From: Cirrosporium novae-zelandiae
Taxonomy: Eukaryota
Assembly: GCA_026023565.1 (NCBI GenBank)
Contig: JAPETS010000035.1
Span: 1-64,000 of the forward strand
Length of the DNA: 64,000 nt
Reading direction: 5' to 3'
In this document: positions 36,801 to 49,800 of the stretch, piece after piece
Layout of the letters: each line of letters begins with the position of its first letter
How positions within the stretch are numbered: the first letter of the stretch is position 1
The notes under the pieces: model-generated
Told to the model about the DNA's origin: nothing
Database searches by the model: none
The model's input: only the letters and a program-made list of their open reading frames with translations
Program-made: the position numbers and the translations under genes

Positions 36801-39546
36801 CTACAGCCATGAACTGCCATTTAAGCTGACCGAGAAAGGTTGCGTCTTGAAGGATATACTCATATGTTGTGAGAAGAACATGGAATTTGGCACGTTTTGG
36901 ATTTCCATCTTCTAGAAGTTCGTATTCCTTGATGATGTTGCGAGATGCCTCGTTTCCATTGTATACAACGTAGTTAACATCCGGAGTCCAATTGTCAAAA
37001 GTCTCTGCCCAGGAAGGCATTGTTGATAGGGGGACAACGACAATAAATGGTCCGTTCTGCTGGCGATCATGCCTTAGCCAGTTAATAAAGGCAACTGTCT
37101 GAACAGTTTTCCCGAGACCCATCTCATCAGCAAGAATAACATTCTTTGCTTTGCACCAATTATATGCTAGGAAATTCACACCATGAATTTGAAAGTCTTT
37201 GAGCTTCCCATGTACGATATAAGACGGCTGCTCTTTCATTGAGACGAATTTGCGTCTTGTTTTAGGATTTGTTTCTTCTTTATTCGAAACTGGACGCCGG
37301 CTAATTCTGTCCTGGTAACGGTCAATCTCATTTTGGGCGATGTTGGCGATAAGCTCTGCAGATTCCCAAGTGCATGATTCATAGTAAAGGCCCTTCCCTA
37401 TAAGAAAGTTAGCAAGGGATAATTAACAATTATAAGGGAAAGGAAAGCTTGCATTTGATATAATACTCAGTATTACCCTCGTCGTTAGTGCGGATGCTAA
37501 TGACACGCTCTGCCTTAGTGTAATCATTGATAGCATCGAGATCTCGTTCACGATCAAGTATCCACTTCTCTTTCTCTTCTAGTGGAACATCAGGGTCGGT
37601 GCGAATCCGGATGTCTTCAATAACAAATCTCTTGAAATAATTATCAAGACGGCGAACGCTGCGGCAGTTGATAAGCTCGGTCATTGATTCCCATGTCGCA
37701 TGAACATGAGCCTTTCCTTGCCATTTGATCTATGATAAAAAAAAACATTAGCAGTTGAAGGTCAATGTTAACCACAAACTTAGGTAACTCACGTAGTATT
37801 CAAAGTCTTCTTTTGCCTCGCCAGCTTCATCAGGATCTAGATACATGAGTTAGCTAGCTCACATGACAAAAAGAATATCAACTTGCCTGTTCCTTCTTTA
37901 CGTCTATGGTTTAATACAACATCAATGGCTGGCCTATTATCGTTCTCAGTTATCCAATAATTTGGTGTCAACTCAGATTCATCTTCAGCAAACATGTCAT
38001 CATTATCATCTTCATTATAGTTCGATACCCTAGCTGCACGGCGTGTTGAGAATCGTAGCTCAGCATGTGTTGGTGCAGAACTTGCTGCAGATTGCAACAA
38101 ACGGCGGCGTTGCTTCCTTGAACTATGAGCTCGGGATCCTCCATAACTATCGGAACTACCATCTGACTCTGATACGGAGCGTAGGGTAGGAGTGGGGTGT
38201 TTAGATGCTTTAGTTTTCATACCAGTCAGCAAAATATTCCTCTAATAGCTAATATAAGTTAGGATCAAGTGTTTGAAGTTACTTACATTTCTGAGATGTA
38301 GGAGCCTTCCGCCTTGGACGCGATCGACCAACAACGATGTCTGAGTCTGATTCGTTATTATTATTATTATCCTCGGAGCTGTCATCAATCTATAACCACT
38401 CATGTTAGCATTGTAGCTTACAGCACATATTCAACTAGCAAGATGGCACCATGGAGTCCAGGAGAAGCTTTCATGACTCTGATACGGCTGCATTCTACTA
38501 CTACTCGCGATAACCAAGAGGCAATTTCATAGCAAAACTCTAGGACTCCATGGACTAGTAGTTGTGATATGCGACTCGGGGATGCGGGGTAGACATACGA
38601 TTCGTCGCTTTGGATGAGCCCGCCCCTGCGATTGATCGTTAGTGAACAATTATATGACCTTTGGAACAGGCTACATACACTTCGGCGTAGTCCGTAAAGC
38701 TCTGGGTTATTGATTATGTATTCATCATCTTCCACCCCCGCTTTTCGCTTTGCAGGTCTTTTGGATTCGCTCGACGTTGAACTTGAGTGGCGCTTGCTAT
38801 GATCCTCCTCCGACACGACGCTATCATTATCTTCTTCAAAGTCCTCGTCTTGGGAGACACCATCTGCTGTTTCTACAGAACTTGGATCCGACCGGACCTC
38901 ATTGGAATTATCGTCAAGTGAATCCTCCCTCTTTAGCGAAGGCGATGAGTTCCGGTCATTATGTGTACCTTGGACGTCTGAGAGTTCGCTTTCAGCATCT
39001 GACATGACTGTATCAACGCCAGTGGTATCGCCATGTTCGGGAGAGGCGAAATTATCGGAGAAAGTATGAGGAGAGATGTCATTATCCATTTGAGGCATGG
39101 CAACACTACCCGCTATATGACAGAGAGAAGTCAGCATTGGTTTTTAAGAAGTGGTATGACACGTGTGAAAAGTCTATCGCGCATAGACTACACGCTCTGG
39201 CGACTTCAAAACAGGTCTCAGAACAGTAATATCATGCTTGAAGATGGAATCAATGCTCCTGGAGATGATATCAAGTCTTTTGCGGATGTGTGAGATGACG
39301 GATCAGGTTGCCATGATCAGGCTCTAGGAGAGCAGCTATACCATCTAGACCGAACAGCCTCATCCACTTGAGTAAAACGATTCAAGAGGTAACAAGATGT
39401 TATAGAAAGAATCATCTTGGATGAATCGAGGTGTTGGATATAAGATCTGGATAGTCTTCGAGCTGAAGTGAAGTAAGGCAAGGCACCGAACGATGCCATT
39501 TCGCAAAAAGGAGAGAAAGGTAGGAAATGAACAACTCACAAGCCAT
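33882..39546 (-). CDS. CHD1: Chromodomain-helicase-DNA-binding remodeller Chd1/Hrp1-3, multi-exon
   Basis: Tandem chromodomains (IKWQGKAHVHATWES; IKWKGLYYESCTWE), LADEMGLGKT, DEAH, STRAGGLG, QAMARAHRIGQ, SANT/SLIDE. First coding exon ATGGCTT (39546-39540) is inferred. Stop at 33882-33884. Confidence 0.96.
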
Positions 39547-40041
39547 GGCCCAAAGAGCCTTGAGATTGTTTGACCGATGTACTCGCCGTTGTGGTGGTCA
39601 AAGAAGTTGAAGAGTGTTTGGGTTGTGGAAGAGTGTGATTATGGACAAGAGCTGCTGAGCATCGTGTACGGGAAGTCGGGTGTTGGGTGCAGAGTGACCA
39701 GGGACCTTTCGCTTTAATGGTTTTTCCTTGCCGGCCCTGTTTTCATTACTTTTCACCAATCAAATCTAAGCGAATCTCGATTTCATAATAGTTACTCGAC
39801 CTTTGGCCAAAGGGCACACAAATTCGTTCTCTTTCAAAGACAGCTAATTCTTGTCCTTCACTTCTTTCTACAACAACATCTTAACATACGCATGAGCGGG
39901 AACTGATTGTGAATTTACATAACATACTATTTTGAAATCAGCTATTGACAGATTCTGAGCAACCAACTTTTCAGAGAGAATTCTTGTCTCATTCTCTTCG
40001 GAGGGGTTCAATTCCAAACCCCACCTCTAAAATTCGTCACA

Positions 40042-42248
40042 ATGGCTGACAAGCTTACTCGGTCGGCCATCACCAGTCCAGTTCAAAATCCCGCAAATAG
40101 CTAATAATAATATAGTATTGCCATCGTGAATAACGACAAAGTCTGTTTTATACCCTTTCCATGGGCTATGCCGATAAAATCTTACTGATCTATGTCTACT
40201 ACATATAGTGTAAGCCGAAAGTAGGGATTCTCTAGCTCTAGGAATTTGCTACTCCAGGTTGATGCTAATAGTTTTATAGAAATGTCGTCAAGAATGCAAA
40301 AAGTCATGTCCTGTAAATCGAACCGGCAAATTATGTATTGAGGTCACTTCAGACTCAAAAATTGCCTATATCTCCGAAGGTCTCTGTATCGGATGTGGTA
40401 TCTGCCCGAAGAAGTGTCCATTCGGTGCTATAAACATTATCAACTTGCCCACCAACCTCGAAACCCAAGTCACACACCGTTATTCGGCAAATAGTTTCAA
40501 ACTCCACAGACTTCCTATGCCACGACCTGGCCAGGTTTTGGGTTTAGTTGGTACCAACGGTATTGGTAAGAGTACGGCATTGAAAATTCTTAGTGGCAAG
40601 TTGAAGCCCAATTTGGGGAGATATGACAACCCACCTGATTGGGAGGATATCCTCAAATATTTCAGAGGCTCTGAGCTTCAGAGTAAGATCAAAGCACCGA
40701 CCTCACAGGCCATACAAGCTAATTAGCAAATCTAGATTACTTTACCAAGGTGCTGGAAGACAACCTGAAAGCTGTCATCAAGCCTCAATATGTGGATACT
40801 ATCCCGAGGGCCTTCAAAGGCACTGAACGTTCTGTCCAAGCTTTACTTACAAGCCGGGCGACACGTGATAATGTTGAGGCCATTTTGGATATTCTTGGTA
40901 AGAAATGCCCTGCTATTTATTTGAACTATTCTGATGCGGAATTCAGAACTCCGTCACGTTCTTGATAGGGATATTGACCTTTTGTCTGGAGGCGAGCTCC
41001 AACGCTTTGCCATCAGTCTTGTCTGTGTGCAACAGGCCGATGTGTAAGTTAGCTTTGACATTGTTCATAGTTGTTACTAATATTTTAAAAGGTACATGTT
41101 TGATGAGCCGTCGTCCTATCTCGATGTAAAGCAACGTCTTAATGCAGCTCGAACCATTCGTGACCTTCTTCGTCCTGATGATTATGTCATCGTAGTGGAA
41201 CATGATCTTTCAGTGCTGGATTATCTCTCCGATTTCATCTGCGTGCTGTATGGCAAGCCTGCCGTGTATGGTGTTGTGACTCTCCCTTCCTCGGTCCGTG
41301 AAGGTATTAATATATTCCTTGATGGCAACATTCCTACTGAAAATCTGCGATTCCGGGAGGAATCTCTTACTTTCAGAATTGCGGAAGCCGGAGAAGATTA
41401 TCTAGTAGACAAGTCTCGCGCCTTTACTTACCCAACGATGGAAAAAACCCTTGGCGGTTTCCACCTGAAGATCGAAGCAGGAGATTTTACCGACTCCGAG
41501 ATTATTGTCATGATGGGTGAGAATGGAACAGGCAAGACCACATTCTGTAGGATGCTTGCTGGCGCCTCAGCTCCCGATGGAGACAAGAAAGTCCCAAAGA
41601 TGCATATTTCCATGAAACCTCAAAAGATTACGCCCAAATTCACGGGTACAGTGCGCCAACTTTTCTTCAAGCGCATCAAGGCAGCCTTTTTAAGCCCTCA
41701 ATTCCAGACCGATGTCTACAAACCCCTCAAAATCGATGACTTCATTGACCAGGAAGTGCAAAATCTTTCCGGTGGTGAACTCCAACGTGTTGCTATCGTT
41801 CTTGCCCTTGGGATCCCTGCTGATATTTATCTTATCGACGAACCGAGTGCCTATCTCGACTCCGAACAGCGCATTATCGCTGCTCGTGTTATCAAACGCT
41901 ACATCATGCATACCAAGAAAACAGCTTTCGTTGTCGAGCACGATTTCATTATGGCTACATACCTTGCTGATCGCGTCATTGTCTTTGAAGGGCAGCCTTC
42001 AGTTGATGCCAGGGCAAACAAGCCTGAAGGTCTTCTAACTGGCTGCAACAAGTTTTTGAAGAGCTTAGATGTCACATTCCGACGGGATCCTAATACTTAT
42101 CGTCCTCGAATCAACAAGTACCAGAGCCAACTTGATCAAGAACAGAAGCTGAATGGCAATTATGTAAGTATCTTAATTGGAACCCCCCACGTATCACAAT
42201 GAGCTAATGTTCTTTAAATAGTTCTTCCTTGAAGAGAACGATAGTTGA
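40042..42248 (+). CDS. RLI1: ABCE1/Rli1 ribosome recycling ATPase (Fe-S domain plus two ABC domains), 8 exons
   Basis: [46 protein letters not shown] twice, [19 protein letters not shown], ending [11 protein letters not shown]. Confidence 0.97.
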
Positions 42249-43146
42249 AAAGGGCATTCCACGCCCTCCTCCAGTAGCATTTGAAAATGCACTCCTAAAC
42301 AGCACTCCCGGCTCTGGTCAACGTGCCGGAAAGAAAAGTCAGGCCGGTCTCTCCGATGAGGCCTCTGCTGATGAAGACGATGAAGAAGAAGATGACATAA
42401 CGCAACGGTGGTTGCCTCCTGCCGTAAAAAGCTCTCCATATTACGCTCAAACTTGACATAATCCTTTCAACGTGACTACGATGTTAACGACACACAAGAG
42501 CATATGTTTTAGAAGAGCTTTGATCGCTGGGTCAAGTAGGCAATTGCCATCTCCTTGGTCTTTCATAATTGTGGAAGACTGCAACTGGTTTGAAAGGTCC
42601 GCTGTTTTTGAATAGGAACCTAGATTTCTCCAAATGCGAGAAAGATTATACAGCAATTAACTGTCAATGATTGGTATCTGAATATATTTGCCAATAGTAT
42701 AACTATCTGGTTTCATACTATAGTCTAAGTAAAATCTATCTTGTAGAAGGAAGACTGTAAAGGGTTTGGAAGTTTGACTGGGTCCTTGGTTATGATTATC
42801 AAGCTAGGTTTAACTTGTAGTTTTATACCATTGCGAGTAATGATTGAAGTTGCCTGAGTACATAGTGAGATAGTAGATAAACTATACGAAAACTTCAGAT
42901 ATTATTTCTGTTTAAATGATTTATTTATGAGGATATCTTTCAGTACGTTGATCATTAGTAAAGTTCTTCTACACAGTAAAACCTTACCAATTGGCTCGCT
43001 TAACCTAAAATAGTTAGCTTGACTAATAAATAATTACCGGGGCTGTGGTCCAGCACCTGCATCAAGCTCTCAGGTTTTTAGCAGCGTGTCTCGCGATTTT
43101 TCCAAATCTCAGCCATCAATCATTTCATCGAATTGGTGATAACAAG

Positions 43147-45697
43147 ATGAATGGACTACACACCAGTAGCCCGCCAGCCTTATGGCAGGAGGCTCGAAAC
43201 GCTGACGGACGCGTCTATTACTACAATGTCCAGACGAAGGTCACACAATGGAATAAACCCTTGGAACTTATGACACCAACGGAGGTAAGCAACAAAACAC
43301 AGCTACGCTGAACATTTCTGTCGCTGGCCTATAACTAATATTTCCAATTCAGCGCGCGCTTTCAAATCAACCATGGAAGGAATATACTGCAGAAGGAGGA
43401 CGCAAGTATTGGTATAATACAGAAACAAAGCAGAGTTCATGGGAAATGCCTGAGGTTTACAAAAATGCACTTGCACAGCATGCGTCTCCTCCGAAACCGT
43501 CCCCACAGTTTGTATATCTTTTCTGGATCACTTGACTTAGGCTTACACTATATAAAGCTCCCAGACTTTCGTCGCCGGCGGTACTGCAACCTCGTCTTAT
43601 CCACCACAACGCGATCGAGATGAACCAGCGGATAGACAGGGTGGTTTTGACCCTTCCAGTTCTAAAGGAGGACCAGCTAGTACATCCCAAGCAGACCCCG
43701 ATTACTCTTCATTCGAAGAAGCAGAAACTGCATTTATGAAACTACTTCGGCGGGCGAATGTACAACCTGATTGGACATGGGAACAGACTATGCGGGCTAC
43801 AATTAAGGATCCACAATACAGGGCGCTGAAAGATCCAAAGGACCGCAAAACTGCGTTTGAGAAATATGCGGTCGAGGTTCGCATGCAGGAGAAAGATCGA
43901 GCCAAGGAGAGGCTTGCTAAGCTCCGTGCAGATTTCGGTACTATGCTAAGAAGCCATCCTGAGATTAAGCACTATTCTCGATGGAAGACCGTCCGCCCTA
44001 TTATCGAAGGAGAGACCATCTTCAGATCAACTAACGACAACAACGAAAGACGGCAACTTTTCGAAGAATACATCGTTGAACTCAAGAAAACAAACATAGA
44101 AAGAGAAGCTGTTACTCGTAAGGCTGCAATGGACGACTTGGTGGCCATCTTGAAAGCTCTGGAACTCGAACCTTACACCCGATGGGCCGAGGCGCAAGGA
44201 ATTCTTCAATCAAATGAGAGGTTCTCAAGCGATGAAAAGTTTAAGACGTTGAGTAAATCCGATGTCCTGACGGCTTTTGAAAATCATATCAAATCACTTG
44301 AGCGCACCTTTAATGATGTACGTCAACAGCAGAAGTCCTCCAAAGCAAGACGCGAGCGCCAGAACCGGGATAGTTTTATTGGGCTTCTTCAAGAGCTCAG
44401 AGACAAAGGTAAAATCAAAGCGGGTACAAAATGGAAGCAGGTACTACCAGAATTCGAGAAAGATTCACGGTATACAGCTATGCTCGGCCAAACCGGAAGC
44501 ACTCCCCTGGACCTTTTCTGGGATATGGTTGAGGAGGAGGAACGAGCTCTCAGGGGAAGGCGAAATGATGTACTTGATGTATTGGATGTAAGTGTTACTT
44601 TGATATCCCTTCCACCAGAACCTATACGTTTCTAGACGACTAATCAGCATCTCAGGATAAACGGTATGAAATAACCCCCAAGACAAGCTTTGAAGAATTT
44701 CTTGCAGTGATGAAAACCGACCGACGAACATTGTCCATTGATCAAGAAGCCCTCCAGCTCATCTTTACTCGCCTTAAAGATAAGGTCCTTCGTCGTACTG
44801 AGGATGAAAAGCATTCTGCTGAGCGTCACCAGCGACGTGCGGTTGACGTTCTCCGTTCTCGCATCAAGCATCTCGAACCCCCTGTTGCAGTCACGGATAC
44901 TTGGGAGCAGGTTCGCCTTCGGGTTGAAAAGCTTGAAGAATACAAAACCCTTGAATCCGACGAACTCCGCAAAAGTGCATACGAGAAAGTTGTTCGTCGT
45001 CTCAAAGAGAAGGAGGAAGATGCAGAAAAAGAACGGGAGCGACGACGTGAGCATCGCGATCGTGACCGTGACCGTGACCGTGACCGTGATCGTCATGATG
45101 ACCGCAATGGTTATTACTCTCGTCGCCCTCGTCATACTGGCCGTGCTAGTCGCTCCCCGGAACCTGACCCCTACGAGGCCGATCGCCGCAAAGCACAGGC
45201 CGATCGTGAGCGTCAATATCGCAAGTCAAGCACTACGGGTCTTTCTCCAGCCCCTAGAGACAGAGATCGGATTGACAGAGATCGAGATCGAGATCGGGAT
45301 AGAGGAGGTAGTCGATACTCTGGCTCTGGTATTAGTCACTATGACCGCGAAAGGCGAGAACGAGAGGAAGAAAGAGAGCGCTTATACCGTACAAGAGGCG
45401 ATCCAAGAGGCTCGAGAGACGAGCTAGATTACGGAGAGAGTAGAAGTGGTAGCGTAAGAAGGAGGAGACAAGATAGCGATGGAGAGAGTGTGGCTAGCAG
45501 GAGAGACAATAAGGTTAGTATCCGCCTCAACTGGGCTGTTCGTATTGTTTCCACACAGCCATGTTAATACTAATATTGTACAGAGGACCCGTCTCGACAA
45601 AACCCCAAGGAAATCCAAGTCTCCCGCTGTTGCGCCCCCAGTGAAGGAGCCGGCTGTTCATTCTGGAAGCGAGGAAGGAGAGATTGAGGAGGATTGA
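43147..45697 (+). CDS. PRP40: U1 snRNP-associated splicing factor Prp40 (WW-WW, FF repeats, RD/RS-rich tail)
   Basis: [21 protein letters not shown] and [23 protein letters not shown] repeats. Ends SEEGEIEED*. Confidence 0.95.
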
Positions 45698-46607
45698 AGC
45701 GTAAAAAGCGGAGACGAAACCATTTCAAAGTGTGTATAGACCTCTCGTAAAACTTTGGGGCGTTGTTTTGTTTCTGGGTCGTTGAATCTTTTACCAGCTT
45801 CTCCTACACTTGTCTTAGGTGCAGACTCCCCGATGCTATAATTTTTATTGAATACTATCACTTTTCCTGACCCACTTCTCGCCAACAATATGCTTTCTAG
45901 CTGTCGCTGAGGCCTAGTAAGTGAGATCTACAACACGCTGCAATAATATATAATGATTTTGACAATCATCTTTAGCTAATTTTCTTCTCGGGCTATTTCT
46001 GTGCAAAGGGAATATTGGAATATTTACCCCTTATAAATCCCATGTGAGTGCTAAGTGAATGACCTACTAACTAGCTGTGCATGTTCTTTCGCCCAGCAAT
46101 CATGTATTCTAGAGGCTACAATTATTCTGTAACCCTTTCTCATATAGCCTACCTATTACCCCAGTTGTCTCTTTGGCTTCACGTCAACTCGCAGAACAGA
46201 GTATAGTCCCCATTTCTTTCAGGTTGATAGATGCAAATATGAAAATCATAGTAAGATGTGAAGTGCTTGGTATTGCTAAAAAACTGAGTTTATATTCGAC
46301 TATCTACAGCCTTTCCTTTGCTAGGGAGTTGGTAGATGAGAATATTCTTTCTAGGTATCTAGGGTAGGCATAGTTTGAACTTTAGAGGTATAAAAGGCAT
46401 AAGACCTGCGTCTAAGGCTCTCACGTTACACAATTATTACAGACAATTCATTTCCCCGGGACAACTTATGGCTTAAGCGAGTTTTCATAGTCTGTTCTAA
46501 CTTTTCCATAGTTCGTTGATATAGGTCTAAGGTATTCTATGAATCTACTCGAGTAGTCGCTTTCGGTTCTACCTATCAAAAGTACGTAGGGTCGGTATCA
46601 ATCCTGT

Positions 46608-46637
46608 CAAATCAGATCAATATATTGATCTGATTTG
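46608..46637. repeat. 30-bp perfect palindrome
   Basis: CAAATCAGATCAATA|TATTGATCTGATTTG. Confidence 0.95.
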
Positions 46638-46800
46638 GCCTAACGTGCTGAGATCTCAACCACACAGCTGTTGCGGGGTGAAAGCAGACGGAAGGCTACA
46701 AAAAACCACAATCTTGCCATTTCACCATGTTGATCTAATGCAATAAGACTATCATTGCAATTTTTTTCTCAGTGATTATTTTTGCTATAGACAACCTACT

Positions 46801-49800
46801 ATGTCGTCGTCTCAAAGCTATCAGAAAAGATTTAGGCGGTTAAACAGAGTGAAGCCTATGTTTGCGTCTAGGTCAAACAATGCCAGCAGACTATAACCCA
46901 ATCCGAGTCCTGCGTCAGCTGTGGCTGCCTTGTCACAGTCCACTTTAAACATTGTGCTAGGTCCATCGAGCCAATTTACAGCGGCATCACCATTATCGCC
47001 CTCGACGGGAAATAATATCCAAAGTCCTAAGACGAAAGATCCATGGACTGATGCGTTGCAAGCTCTTTCCGATGAGGATAAAGTGACTATTGACCCCTAT
47101 ATGACCTCAAAGCTGGATATTCTTGATACCCTCCATAAGGCTGCCGAAGACAAACGAACCGAATGCGAAAATAAAGGATGGTCAATCAATTTTAATGGGC
47201 GCCACATTCCTCTCCGCGATCTAGCAGGCAATGTCGTCGCTTGGATCAATAAATTCAAAGACATAGGTGATGTTGCCGTGAATTTTGACCCGGTTCACGC
47301 CGCATTACCATGGGCGGGAATCAGATTTTTGCTCGAGGTAAGAACATCAAACAGCACTCTTTATTGTTTTGTCTAGTCAAACTGACATTAAGGCAGGCAA
47401 CCGTAGCAGAAAACCAACAAATGGGAGGGCTTCTTATCGGCTTAGATCAAGTGACATATCTCATTAGTCGATGCACAATATACGAAAAACTCTATATTCA
47501 TGGAGGCCAATCCGGGAAAGAGACGGAGAACCTTGAAAAGGCATTAATAGCCATGTACACTGAGATGTTATGCTTCCTAGCTCAGGCAATCCGTCTTTAT
47601 GGCAAAGGATTTGGCACTCGAGCGTTACACGGATTTCTCAACCCTAGGGAACTTGAGGATTTTATCAATAAGTTCCGACTGGGGGAAAATAGGATAGAAG
47701 CAGAGGCCAGCAATTGCGAGCGTATATACGCTCAAATTAGATTTTCGAGGCTCGATGAATCCGCGGAGACACTCAGGCAGTTATTACAAGACCAGCGAAG
47801 ACCAATCCTGCGTATTGAGTTCCAAGTAGCCACTTTATTTGACAAATCGAGAAAGCAGGATGACCTTGACATCCTGAAATGGGTTTCAAAGATTCCATAT
47901 AAGGATAACCACGAAACCGCACTTAAAAATCGTACAAAGGAAACTGGGACTTGGCTCCTGCAACGTAAAAGGTACCGCGAATGGAGGGAGTCTAAGAGGT
48001 CGACTATGTTATGGCTACATGGAATTCGTAGGCATTCTATTCACATCAAGATTAGAATCATTATTAACAACATTGGTTAGCTGGAGCTGGAAAGACCAAG
48101 CTAGCTTCTAGAGTTATTGATGAATTGCTCGCAAGCTTGCAGCAGAGCACACATGACGAAACCCTAGCTTATTTCTACTGTAATCGCAATGATCACAGCC
48201 GTCGCAACCCGTTGTTGATCCTACATAGCTTTATTAAGCAATTATCAACACCTCGAGGAAATGACGGAGTCCATCATGCACTCGTCAATGTTTTCGAAGA
48301 GAAACAACGAAAAGGGTTTGCCTCACAAGAACTAACCCTCTCAGAAAGCCAGAGCACTCTCCTGGATCTTATCCGAAGCTACCCCACGCAAATCACGATA
48401 GTCCTAGACGCACTAGATGAATGCGATGAAAAAGAGCGTTCAAGTCTTGTGGATACGTTGATTATGCTTGTCAGCCAGTCACCAAAGGATGTTGTGAAGC
48501 TATTCATCTCAAGTCGGCCTGACCGAGACATCCGGCGTCGTTTTGAAAAAGAACCAAATTTAGAGATTAAAGCAACTGACAATCAAGATGACATAATTAA
48601 ATTTGTGGAAGATGAAATTAGCCGCAGTCCATCAGAATGGCGTGATGGAATCAGCCTTGACCTAGAACGATTGATTCGCGATACACTTGTGGAACAGAGC
48701 CAGGGCATGTATGTATCTTCTATCTCGAGACATGTGTTCACATCTAATATTCGTAAACCCAGGTTCCAGTGGGCATCTCTACAGATGACACAGCTACTTG
48801 AATTGCTACCACGAGATGTCCCAACTCGCCTAGGGAAACTCCCGCAAGGTCTCCAAGAGGCATATAACGAAATCTATGAGAAAATACGATTACAAAAAGG
48901 TAGCAAGCCAGTTATCGCAGATCGAGCATTCCAGTGGGTCATGTGTGCTCATACTCCATTATCTACGGCACAATTAGTCGCCGCTGTCTGCCAAAACCCC
49001 GATACAGAAGAGATAGAACCAGTGGATACCAATATAGACGAGGTTCTTGCTGTCTGTAATAACTTACTGGTAGTTGACCAGCAGTTGGGAGTATGCCGTT
49101 TCTCGCATCTGTCCGTCCAAGAATACTTTGAAGACCACCATTGGAATCCTAGCCAAGCAAACAGGCTCGTAGCAAAAGTGTGCCTTTTATTACTCAATTA
49201 TCATAACCACGAGGAATGCGTCTCCGCTGAACAAAATAGTGATAGTCGTATCAATGATCTCCTGGAATATTCAATAAATTATTGGGCTATACACACACAA
49301 AGATACGGTGATACAATAGATGACGGTCGTTTAGTTATTCTTCTCAAACGGTTTCTAGGATCCATGAACGAAAGCAGCATTGCTTATCAAAACTGGTATA
49401 GCCACTTCTGTGAAGGTACTTGGAATCAGTCGGATCCTGTTTTGAGCTCAAAAGAGATCCGGTCTCTCCTCAAACCACCTTCTATAGCTTCATTCGCCAT
49501 ATGTAGGTTCAGTTTCTATGGAATTATAGAGGATTGGTGGACGACCGGTTTCAGGAATGTCAATCAGCAGAACAAAGCGGGTCAATCACTATTATATATC
49601 GCATCATTACATAATAGCACTTCAATGGTTCAAGAGTTACTAGACCAGGGGCAGATGCTAGTATTAATACAAAGGATGAAAATGGTAATACCACGCTGCA
49701 AAGTACTTGTAGACGGGGCTATATTGATATAGCAAAACTGCTGTTAGAAAATGGAGCTGATATCAATATAAAAAATAAAGATGGTGTTACCGCGCTGCAA

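Noticed and set aside
40003..40016. GGTTCAATTCC, resembling a tRNA T-arm or B-box
   Set aside because: No D-arm, anticodon arm or acceptor stem around it; it lies in the RLI1 5' leader.
44644..45427. Long antisense and alternate-frame ORFs over PRP40 (similarly over DIS3, PUT2, CHD1, SF3B2, ERCC1)
   Set aside because: Explained as shadows of codon bias and low-complexity RD/RE repeats in real genes.
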